Part shown: piece after piece, positions 20,501 through 28,084 of the stretch
How the letters are laid out: every line of letters starts with the position of its first letter
Position numbering within the stretch: position 1 is the stretch's first letter
Assembly: GCA_016744615.1 (NCBI GenBank)
Contig: JADGEA010000012.1
Coordinates: 1-38,395, forward strand
DNA: 38,395 nt
Reading direction: 5' to 3'
Origin: Flavobacteriaceae bacterium
GTDB lineage: Bacteria > Bacteroidota > Bacteroidia > Flavobacteriales > Flavobacteriaceae
Made by a program: the position numbers and the translations under genes
Notes under the pieces: generated by a model
The model's input: only the letters and a program-made list of their open reading frames with translations
Told to the model about the DNA's origin: nothing
Databases searched by the model: none

Positions 20501-21006
20501 AAATTTGTGGTTGTACCATTATCAGTTCCCTTTACAAGGATAGCAGCACCAGGTAAAGGAAACCCATCATTATCAGTAACTGTTCCTGTAATTTCTTTTT
20601 GTTGTTGCTTCTCTTTTATGATAAGTAATGGAATTATTTTTTTACTATTATCTGATTTTAAAATGATTTGTTTATCTAGTACTTCATAAGATACAGGCAT
20701 AGTTAAGAACAAATTATCTAAAATATTTTTAACTTTTTCTTTTTTTACCTTAACTGAAATAATTTTATTAACATCAATATCTTTTCTATTAAAAAGAAAT
20801 TTGAATTCTGTTAAAAATTCTATTTCATTTAATACGGTTTCTAAAGTAACATTCTCAAAATCTAAAGTAATCTTTGTCTTTTGAGCATAGTTATTAGCTT
20901 GAACATTAAATAGTGCAATGAACAGTAAAAATGTTGTTATTTTCATTTTTAAGTCAAATTTTAGAGTGAATAGAAGTATACTCCTACTCTTAGTAAGTTT
21001 TTTCAT
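17560..21006 (-). CDS. susC: SusC/RagA family TonB-dependent outer membrane transporter with N-terminal STN (anti-sigma-coupled) extension
   Basis: 1148 aa. After the signal peptide comes an STN-type extension domain, then a carboxypeptidase-regulatory-like domain (TGTVTDNDGFPLPGAAILVKG), then the TonB-box/plug region (LDEVIVTGY), then the barrel, with a C-terminal Phe. The true start may be the internal Met at 20946 (MKITTFLLFIALFNVQA signal). Confidence 0.9.
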   Translation of the reverse strand: MKKLTKSRSILLFTLKFDLKMKITTFLLFIALFNVQANNYAQKTKITLDFENVTLETVLNEIEFLTEFKFLFNRKDIDVNKIISVKVKKEKVKNILDNLFLTMPVSYEVLDKQIILKSDNSKKIIPLLIIKEKQQQKEITGTVTDNDGFPLPGAAILVKGTDNGTTTNFDGKYSITVSENATILMVSYMGFETQEIEINDQSVINIKLLSETSSLDEVIVTGYTSERKSDLTGAVAIVNLDEVVTQPVADVNSMLQGRVAGVNVMSSGSPGDVTTLRIRGFSTIRNNDPLYVIDGVPTTTGLSLINPNDIESLQVLKDASSSSIYGSRAANGVVIITTKKGKAGEPKLSFDMYLGSQNVSNLPSMLDAQEYGDVYWQAYDNDGITPSHAIYGNGASPVIPAFLDAENTIPSANTKWVEEIFNPALIQSYNLNFSQGNEKSHSLFSLNYFDQEGILKYTNFNRITARLNSDYKLFDGKVTVGENLTVAFSNSVGTSTNSLLGNVVYDAFRMPSIAPVYDINGEFSGYPPSDVQNPLGNLYRNKDNERNNVKIFGNLFAEIQLIEDLKFKTNFGVNYTTFKSENFNPTYVEPNAHRAINDLSIVNEIKFDWVWSNTLNYTKTFNDKHNLNVLVGLESISNVFEYTTASIQDLPTNELNIRVLNAGDQGTQTNTGDKIEFTLFSYFGKINYNYDNKYLFSATLRRDGTSKLLDNRWGTFPALSAGWRISEEDFFNKEGTLSNLKLRIGWGKTGNQDIPAYQTASGFSSNPYYSNYAINGSQTSTQTGYTLSRIANPDLKWETTTQSNIGLEFGFLNNSLNITADYFIKNTEDLLLFQTLPPDVGITNRGQWNNVGEMENKGFEFDINYQSNRTKDFNFNVGLNFAIIDNKLLSLGEGINFIETDPAVLHSINFDQSTSRTAVGQPIASFYGHVVDGIFQTDADATSSIQPNAQAGDFIFKDLNGDGVIDAEDRTFIGSPHADITYGINLSAVYKAFDFTLFFQGSQGNDIYDLSRYYNDFFNLANYNKHGRILNAWTPQDTNTDLARVSLNDLNNNIRPSSYYVQDGSYFRLKTFQVGYSFPESIAQKIKASRFRVYFEAYNLFTITNYDGLDPEIGLQSYTSDDRNLDIGVDRGIYPSSKTFTFGININF

Positions 21007-21143
21007 ACTTTTGCGATTATTTTAAGTGATTAATAAATTTACTCACTCTATTATTATTGGAAGGTGTTGAGCCATCTTCCAATTTTTTTTATAGAGGGTA
21101 GTTCGTTTTCTTTTAGGATTTTATGTCATAGTTTAAATTGGTT

Positions 21144-22331
21144 TTAGTTAATAATTATTTTATTATTCTCAATAGTATACATAATTTCAAAACTTTTATT
21201 AAAAGATTTCAAAACTTGTTCAATGGTCTCTATATTAAAAGTAGCATTGTAATATTGTTCACCAAGTTTCTTGTTATTATTTATGATGGATACATTATAA
21301 TGCCTTTCTAATTTTTTAACAATATTTTTGAATTGTAAATTTTTAAAAATAAGTTTACCATTTTTCCAGCTTGTGTATAAGCTAGTATCTACTAAGTTAA
21401 TTGAAATTTCTTTATTTGACTTATTCCAATTAGCCATATGACCAGATTCTAAAAGAGAAGTTTCATCATCATTATAGACTTCATTCTTGCCAAACAAACT
21501 TACAGATCCTTCAACTAACACTGTACTAATGGTGGGATCTTCTGGATAAGAAGAAACATTAAATTCTGTTCCAAGAACTCTAATACACATTTCATTCGTA
21601 TTTACAATGAATGGATGATTTGTGTCTTTGGTTACATCAAAATAAGCTTCTCCACTTAATAAATATACTTGTCTTTTTTTACCGTTGATAAATTTCACAG
21701 GGTACTTGAATGATGTGCCTGCATTCAAAAAAACTTCAGTACCATCTGAAAGAACGATTTGAAACTTCTTCCCATAAGGAACAGTTAATTCATTGTAAGC
21801 TAACTTTCCCTTTTTATTATTAAACAAAGAAGGTGAAGGTGTTTGTGAATTATTTTTATAATTTAATTCGCTTCCACTTTGAACTCCAACAATTCTTCCT
21901 TTTTTATCAAGAATTCTTTTTTCTCCAGTAGTTTTTATTACTTCAATATTGCCATTATCTAATTTAATTGTAATAGCTTCATCGCTTATTTTTAATTTTT
22001 GAATTGTATCATCTCCATTTTGAAAGAAAAATGTGATTCCAATAATACCTATGAATATTGCTGCATATTTAAATACAGATTGAATACGTATTCTATAAAG
22101 TACATTGCTGTCTTCTTTAATTTTTTTAAGAAGTAACTTTTTTGTTTTATTTGTATCGAATTGACTCATATGATAGTCAATCGCATAATTTACTTTTACA
22201 TATTTACAAAATACTTGTTCATTCTCAGGTTCTTTTATCCAAATAGATAATTCATCTAATTCAGCAGCAGTTATTGAATTAGTAACGTATTTTATAATTA
22301 ATTTTTCTATTTCTGGTAATTTCATCAACAT
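21144..22331 (-). CDS. FecR family anti-sigma factor / transmembrane sensor
   Basis: 395 aa. N-terminal cytoplasmic sigma-binding region, a single TM segment (AAIFIGIIGITFFF), and a periplasmic FecR domain plus C-terminal domain. Lies upstream of the STN-bearing susC. Confidence 0.85.
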   Translation of the reverse strand: MLMKLPEIEKLIIKYVTNSITAAELDELSIWIKEPENEQVFCKYVKVNYAIDYHMSQFDTNKTKKLLLKKIKEDSNVLYRIRIQSVFKYAAIFIGIIGITFFFQNGDDTIQKLKISDEAITIKLDNGNIEVIKTTGEKRILDKKGRIVGVQSGSELNYKNNSQTPSPSLFNNKKGKLAYNELTVPYGKKFQIVLSDGTEVFLNAGTSFKYPVKFINGKKRQVYLLSGEAYFDVTKDTNHPFIVNTNEMCIRVLGTEFNVSSYPEDPTISTVLVEGSVSLFGKNEVYNDDETSLLESGHMANWNKSNKEISINLVDTSLYTSWKNGKLIFKNLQFKNIVKKLERHYNVSIINNNKKLGEQYYNATFNIETIEQVLKSFNKSFEIMYTIENNKIIIN

Positions 22332-22437
22332 ATACTTTTATTTATTACGAAACTATTTTAACTAACCCTTAACTTTTTTAACTTTTTTTTTGATATTTAC
22401 ATAATAATTTTGATTTTTTTACTAACAACTTCAATTT

Positions 22438-23013
22438 ATGAAGAAAAATTTTAATAATAATAAGCTAATTAGTCATTTAAAAAATGGTGATAAAAAGGCT
22501 TATTCATTTTTGGTAAATTATTTCAATCATAAATTATGCATTTATGCCAATAGCTTAGTGAACGATCATGCTATGGCTGAAGATATTGTTCAAAATGTTT
22601 TTATTAAAGTTTGGGAAAGGCGAAAGAGGTTAAATGAAAAGTATTCTTTAAATAGCTTTTTGTATAAACTGGTTTACAATGAGTTTATTGACCAATATCG
22701 AAAGAAACAATCAGTTATGTTATTAGAGAAAAAATATATTCAAACCTTGAATAAAATAACGAATGATAAAAATGAAGAGGATACTCAAAAGATGATTAAG
22801 CTGGTTATGAAATTAATTGAAAATTTACCCCCAAAATGCAAAAAAATATTTTTATTGAGTAAAAAAGAAGGATTGACAAATATTGAAATTGCTGAATATT
22901 TAAACACTTCTGTTAAATCTGTAGAAGGGCATATTACTAGAGCATATATCATAATTAGAAAATCTGTTGATGGAAGATTTAAGGAGATACTTTTTTTAAT
23001 TTTCAATCATTAA
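22438..23013 (+). CDS. ECF (sigma-70 family, group 4) RNA polymerase sigma factor
   Basis: 191 aa. Region 2 (DIVQNVFIKVWERRKRL..YNEFIDQYRK) and a region 4 HTH (GLTNIEIAEYLNTSVKSVEGHITRA). It is divergent from fecR. Confidence 0.85.
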   Translation: MKKNFNNNKLISHLKNGDKKAYSFLVNYFNHKLCIYANSLVNDHAMAEDIVQNVFIKVWERRKRLNEKYSLNSFLYKLVYNEFIDQYRKKQSVMLLEKKYIQTLNKITNDKNEEDTQKMIKLVMKLIENLPPKCKKIFLLSKKEGLTNIEIAEYLNTSVKSVEGHITRAYIIIRKSVDGRFKEILFLIFNH

Positions 23014-23094
23014 GTACATCAAAATTATTTAGTAGAGCCACATTGAGTAGCTGTTTCTTTGTTTATCTTTGCCAAATAATTAACTAAATTAATA

Positions 23095-23847
23095 ATGAAA
23101 TTCCATCTTTTGTTTGTTGTTTTTATATTGTTTTTTTCCTGCAATCAGGAAGATAAAAGTAAACTAACTGTTGCAACTGCTGCAAATATGAAGTTTGCCA
23201 TGCATGAGTTGGTAAAGGAATTCCAGGAAGATACTGGGATAGAAAGTGAAATAATTGTAGGCTCATCTGGTAAGTTAACGGCTCAGATCAAAGAGGGTGC
23301 TCCTTATGATCTGTTTGTGTCTGCTGATATGAAATTTCCAAATACATTATTTGAGAATGATTTAACTATTGATAAACCTCAAATATATGCTTATGGATCT
23401 TTAGTTATCTGGACTTTGAATACACAGCTTAAGGCTGATTTTGAATCTTTTTTAAAAAAGCAGGTCAATCATATTGCATTGGCAAATTCTAAAACGGCTC
23501 CCTATGGAAGAGCTGCTATTGAAGTTTTAAAAAATAAGAATTTATTGGAACCTTTGAAATCAAAGTTTGTTTATGGTGAAAGTGTAGCCCAAACCAATCA
23601 GTTTATAATTTCCTATGCAGCTGAAATTGGTTTTACAGCAAAATCTATTGTTTTATCACCAAATATGAAAGGTAAAGGCAACTGGAAAGATGTAGATCCG
23701 AATTTGTATTCACCCATAAAACAAGGAGTGGTAATCTTAAAGAATAGAGATGTCCATTTAGAAGAAGCAGAAAAATTTCAGCAATTTCTGTTTTCCGATA
23801 AGGGTAAAGAAATTTTGAATAAATTTGGATACTTGACAGAAAAATAA
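23095..23847 (+). CDS. modA: molybdate ABC transporter substrate-binding lipoprotein
   Basis: 250 aa with a lipoprotein signal (FFSCNQ). Periplasmic binding fold and length match ModA. First gene of the mod operon. Confidence 0.8.
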   Translation: MKFHLLFVVFILFFSCNQEDKSKLTVATAANMKFAMHELVKEFQEDTGIESEIIVGSSGKLTAQIKEGAPYDLFVSADMKFPNTLFENDLTIDKPQIYAYGSLVIWTLNTQLKADFESFLKKQVNHIALANSKTAPYGRAAIEVLKNKNLLEPLKSKFVYGESVAQTNQFIISYAAEIGFTAKSIVLSPNMKGKGNWKDVDPNLYSPIKQGVVILKNRDVHLEEAEKFQQFLFSDKGKEILNKFGYLTEK

Positions 23848-24246
23848 ATGAATATTTTTAAAGGAAATATTGAAGCAGTAAATGTAAATGGAGAATTATC
23901 TATTATTACCATCAGGGTGAATTCTATCAGTTTTACAGCTATTGTTATTGATACACCTGTAACTGCTCCTTATCTAAAACAAGGAAACCCAATCAAGGTT
24001 ATTTTTAAAGAAACGGAAGTTATTATCGGAATAGGTTCTGTGGAAGGGATTAGTTTAAGGAATAAATTGTTTGGGAAAGTATTGTCAATTGAATCTGATA
24101 ATTTACTTAGCAAATTAATAATTCAAACAGAAATAGGAGAAATTACTTCTATCATTACATCAAACTCAGTAAAACGATTAAAAATTGAAATTGGTACAGA
24201 AGTTTGTGCGATGGTAAAAACCAATGAATTATTGTTATCTGTATGA
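23848..24246 (+). CDS. tandem TOBE/Mop-domain molybdate-binding protein (molbindin, ModG-like)
   Basis: 132 aa, equal to two ~65-aa OB-fold repeats, each starting N.F/L.G.V (MNIFKGNIEAV.. and RNKLFGKVLSI..), as in Mop/TOBE domains. Its ATG directly abuts the modA stop and its stop overlaps the modB ATG (ATGA). Confidence 0.55.
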   Translation: MNIFKGNIEAVNVNGELSIITIRVNSISFTAIVIDTPVTAPYLKQGNPIKVIFKETEVIIGIGSVEGISLRNKLFGKVLSIESDNLLSKLIIQTEIGEITSIITSNSVKRLKIEIGTEVCAMVKTNELLLSV

Positions 24247-24917
24247 TCGATTGGACACCACTCATATTAACCTTTAAACTGGCATTTATTACCACTGTTT
24301 TATTACTGTTTATTGCCATTCCAATTTCATATTGGCTGGCATACACTAAATCAAAAGCAAAGCCCATTGTTGAAACCCTGGTGAGCATGCCTTTGGTGCT
24401 TCCACCAACAGTTTTGGGATTCTATATGCTATTGGCTTTCAGTCCGTCAAATTCGTTTGGGAACTGGCTGGATGACTGGTTTGGATTGCGATTGGTCTTT
24501 TCTTTTGAGGGATTAGTATTAGCTTCTATTATTTACAGTTTGCCCTTTATGGTGCATCCAATTCAGTCTGGTCTTTCCAATTTATCACCTTCGTTAAAAG
24601 ATGCATCCTACGTTTTAGGAAAGTCTAAAATGGTTACCTTATTTAAAGTTTTGATTCCTAATATCAAAGCTTCTTTACTTACCGGAATTGTTCTTGCTTT
24701 TGCACATACGATTGGTGAGTTTGGAGTGGTTTTGATGATTGGTGGAAATATTTCCGGAAAGACAAAAGTTGCATCTATAGCAATTTATGATGAGGTAGAA
24801 TCTTTAAATTATGATGTGGCAAATACCTATTCTTTGATCTTATTTACCTTGACTTTTGTGATCTTATTATTTGTTTATTTGATCAATGGTGGTTACTTAA
24901 AAAGATTTGTAAAATGA
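24243..24917 (+). CDS. modB: molybdate ABC transporter permease
   Basis: 224 aa with five or six TM segments. The ABC permease EAA-like loop is present. Sits between mop and modC with overlapping start and stop codons. Confidence 0.85.
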   Translation: MIDWTPLILTFKLAFITTVLLLFIAIPISYWLAYTKSKAKPIVETLVSMPLVLPPTVLGFYMLLAFSPSNSFGNWLDDWFGLRLVFSFEGLVLASIIYSLPFMVHPIQSGLSNLSPSLKDASYVLGKSKMVTLFKVLIPNIKASLLTGIVLAFAHTIGEFGVVLMIGGNISGKTKVASIAIYDEVESLNYDVANTYSLILFTLTFVILLFVYLINGGYLKRFVK

Positions 24918-25789
24918 TAAATATTTCTTTATTTAAAAAATTGCAATCTGTATCGGGTGAAATGCTTCTAGATGTAAATTTTACTATTGAGAAACAGAAA
25001 CTTGTAACCCTTTACGGGAAATCAGGTGCAGGAAAAACCAGTATTTTAAAAATGATTGCCGGAATTTTTTTGCCAGATGATGGATTTATAAAAGTGGGTA
25101 ACGAAGAATGGTTTAATCAGCAAAAAGGAGTTAATCTAAAACCTCAAAAAAGAAATCTAGGTTTTCTTTTTCAGGAGTATTCTTTGTTCCCAAATATGAC
25201 AGTAGGTGAAAATTTGAAATTTGCTTTAAAAAAAGGTCAGGACAAGGATATTGTAAAAGATCTTATTGAGATTGTAGATCTTGGAGATTTACAATTCCGT
25301 AAGCCGGATACACTTTCAGGAGGGCAAAAACAGCGAGTTGCTTTGGCAAGAGCCTTGGTACAAAAGCCAAAGATTTTATTACTGGATGAACCTCTTTCTG
25401 CTTTGGATCAGGAAATGCGAGTCAAACTACAACAATATATCCTACAGGTTCATCAGGAGTATAAACTAACTACTATTTTAATTAGTCATGATGTTTCAGA
25501 AATCATTAAAATGTCTGATTATTTGATTGAAATTGAAGAGGGAAAACTAATAAGTGAGGAACAACCAACCGATTTTTTTACCAAAAATAATATCAATGCA
25601 AAATTTCAGTTTACAGGTGAGGTAATTCATATGATCAAACAGGATTTTATATTTATTATTACCGTATTGATTGGTAAAGAACTAGTAAAAGTAATTGCCG
25701 ATGACGATGAAGCTAAAAGTATAAAAATTGGCGACAAGGTACTAATTGCTTCTAAAGCTTTTAACCCAGTGATCCAAAAAATAGGTTGA
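24914..25789 (+). CDS. modC: molybdate ABC transporter ATP-binding protein with C-terminal TOBE domain
   Basis: 291 aa. Walker A GKSGAGKTS, signature LSGGQKQRVALARAL, Walker B ILLLDEPLSALD, H-loop ISHD, and a C-terminal Mop-like beta domain. Confidence 0.85.
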   Translation: MINISLFKKLQSVSGEMLLDVNFTIEKQKLVTLYGKSGAGKTSILKMIAGIFLPDDGFIKVGNEEWFNQQKGVNLKPQKRNLGFLFQEYSLFPNMTVGENLKFALKKGQDKDIVKDLIEIVDLGDLQFRKPDTLSGGQKQRVALARALVQKPKILLLDEPLSALDQEMRVKLQQYILQVHQEYKLTTILISHDVSEIIKMSDYLIEIEEGKLISEEQPTDFFTKNNINAKFQFTGEVIHMIKQDFIFIITVLIGKELVKVIADDDEAKSIKIGDKVLIASKAFNPVIQKIG

Positions 25790-25942
25790 TTCTCAGCTAA
25801 ATACTATTTGGTGTGATTTTTTGTTTGAATTTTTATTTCTTTTTTGATGTGCTTTTTTCATCTTATAATAAAGTTAAAAGTGTTTTTTATATCTGCAAAA
25901 ATCACTAACTTGTGATATACTTACAACTTAAGGGAAATTATT

Positions 25943-27232
25943 ATGCAAATTCATTCAGATTTAAAAAGCAAACAAGGCCTTCATTTAGTATTGTTTTTTG
26001 TAATTATTTTCGGGTATTTACAAACAATAAATATTTCGGTTGCGCAACAAATGGATCAGGACTATTCTGAATTTATAGGATTGGTAATTGATAGCAAAAC
26101 TAAAAAACCACTAGAATTTGCAAGTGTTATTGTGAACAGTTCAAATATTTCAACTATTTCTAATTTGGATGGTGTATTTTTATTAAAAGTACCTGCATTT
26201 GATCTAGATAAAAGTGTAACGATTTCATATCTAGGATATGACAATCACACTATTAAGTTAAAGAATTTTTCTTCAGGGAAAATGGAAATTAAAATGGTAG
26301 AATCGTTTGTGAGTCTTCCAAATGTTAGTTTGGTTTCTGGAGACCCAAAGGAAATTTTAAAAAAGGTATTGAAAAACCGTGATTTAAATTATCCAAGTAA
26401 ACCTTTGATCATGAACGGATTTTATAGAGAATCCATTAAAAAAAGGCGAAAATATGCATCTTTATCTGAGGCGGTAATTGAAATTTACAAACAGCCACAT
26501 CATACGGCATCAAAAGATCAGGTAAAATTATTTAAATCAAGAAAAAGTACAGATTACCGGAAGATAGATACATTAGTGATTAAACTACAGGGAGGGCCTT
26601 ATAATAATATCAATATGGATATGGTCAAGAATAAGGATCTGTTCTTTAGTGAAGATTTGTTTGATCTCTATGATTTTGCTTTTGATAAAACAATAAGTAT
26701 CAATAATAGACCTGTTTATGTTATTAGTTTTATCCAAAAAAGTAGCATCGTTGAGCCACTTTTTAAAGGTAAATTATATATTGATGTAAATTCATATGCA
26801 TTAACTAAAGCTATTTTTAGTCTTAATCTTGAAAATCTGAAAAAAGCCAGTAAGTATTTTGTGAAAAAGAAACCTGCAAAAGCAGAAGTGATTCCAATAC
26901 ATACAAAGTATATTGTTGATTATAGAAATAATAAAGGCAAGTGGTATTATAATTATGGCAGGATAGAACTCAGTTTTAAGATCAAGTGGGATAAAAAAGT
27001 ATTCAATTCTATTTATCATTTAACCATTGAAATGGCTATTACAGATTGGAAAATAAATACGGATCGTAAATCCTTAAAAAACAAAGAAAGACTAAGACAT
27101 AACGTAATCATTAATGACAGTGCTTCTGGTTTTTCAGATTCGGAATTTTGGGGAGATTATAATGTAATTGAACCAGATAAAAGTATTGAGAATGCCATCC
27201 GAAAAATAAAAAAACAGTTAGATAAAAATTAA
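25943..27232 (+). CDS. hypothetical secreted protein with N-terminal carboxypeptidase-regulatory-like (CarbopepD_reg) domain
   Basis: 429 aa with a signal peptide or TM segment. FIGLVIDSKTKKPLEFASVIVNSSNISTISNLDGVFLLKV matches a CarbopepD_reg-type beta-sandwich. The remaining ~330 aa are unrecognized. Confidence 0.5.
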   Translation: MQIHSDLKSKQGLHLVLFFVIIFGYLQTINISVAQQMDQDYSEFIGLVIDSKTKKPLEFASVIVNSSNISTISNLDGVFLLKVPAFDLDKSVTISYLGYDNHTIKLKNFSSGKMEIKMVESFVSLPNVSLVSGDPKEILKKVLKNRDLNYPSKPLIMNGFYRESIKKRRKYASLSEAVIEIYKQPHHTASKDQVKLFKSRKSTDYRKIDTLVIKLQGGPYNNINMDMVKNKDLFFSEDLFDLYDFAFDKTISINNRPVYVISFIQKSSIVEPLFKGKLYIDVNSYALTKAIFSLNLENLKKASKYFVKKKPAKAEVIPIHTKYIVDYRNNKGKWYYNYGRIELSFKIKWDKKVFNSIYHLTIEMAITDWKINTDRKSLKNKERLRHNVIINDSASGFSDSEFWGDYNVIEPDKSIENAIRKIKKQLDKN

Positions 27233-27341
27233 TAAAATTTTATCGTATTTGAGATATTTAAAGTTTTAATAAAGTTTTAATAAAATTAAAGGGTATAATT
27301 TGTAATTTGCCGCACTTTAATGATCATTTTATTGAAATTTA

Positions 27342-28043
27342 ATGTTGTCAAAAAATTGTTATACTTCACTATTTAAAAAGTTTATATTTTTTATATTCTT
27401 TGTTATTTCCAATCATTTGTTTGCACAAATAGATAATAATAAGGCAATTGAAACAGATGCCTTTTCTTATCAACCTGAAGAAAAAAGTAATAATAAACAG
27501 CTTACATTTTCTGAATTGAATTCTGTTAAAAATAAAGGAGAGACAATAACTTTGTTTGGGACTTTTAAGGATATTTCTGAGAACTTTCCAAAATATGGTG
27601 TTGTTCCTAAGAAATTGCAACGCAGAATGAATGACAATTCTACCCACGACAAAGATGTAATGGTTAAAAAATTCTGGAACGGAAAAGATGTGAGTAATGT
27701 AAAGATACAGACAAAGCTTGAACTTGGTAGGTTAGAAACCTCAACAAGCAGAATAAGAATTGAGTGCAGGGATCATAGCTATGTTGATGGTGATAGGGTG
27801 AGGTTATCAGTTAATGAAACGGTAGTTAGGTCTAATATTATATTGCAGGCAGGTTTTTATATGGTTGATATTGATTTAAAAGAAGGTTTTAACAGAATTG
27901 ATATTGAAGCACTAAATCAGGGGACTTCTGGGCCTAATACAGCTGAGTTTAGGGTTTTTGACGGAAATGGCAATTTGCTTACTTCAAATGAATGGAATAT
28001 TTTAACCGGTTATGTAGCGACACTTATCGTTACTAAAATTTAA
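27342..28043 (+). CDS. hypothetical secreted protein
   Basis: 233 aa with a hydrophobic N-terminal signal (FIFFIFFVISNHLFAQ). Predicted beta-rich with no recognizable motif. Confidence 0.45.
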   Translation: MLSKNCYTSLFKKFIFFIFFVISNHLFAQIDNNKAIETDAFSYQPEEKSNNKQLTFSELNSVKNKGETITLFGTFKDISENFPKYGVVPKKLQRRMNDNSTHDKDVMVKKFWNGKDVSNVKIQTKLELGRLETSTSRIRIECRDHSYVDGDRVRLSVNETVVRSNIILQAGFYMVDIDLKEGFNRIDIEALNQGTSGPNTAEFRVFDGNGNLLTSNEWNILTGYVATLIVTKI

Positions 28044-28084
28044 ACTACCTTTAGTAGAATTTATCATATAAATAAATTATTATA

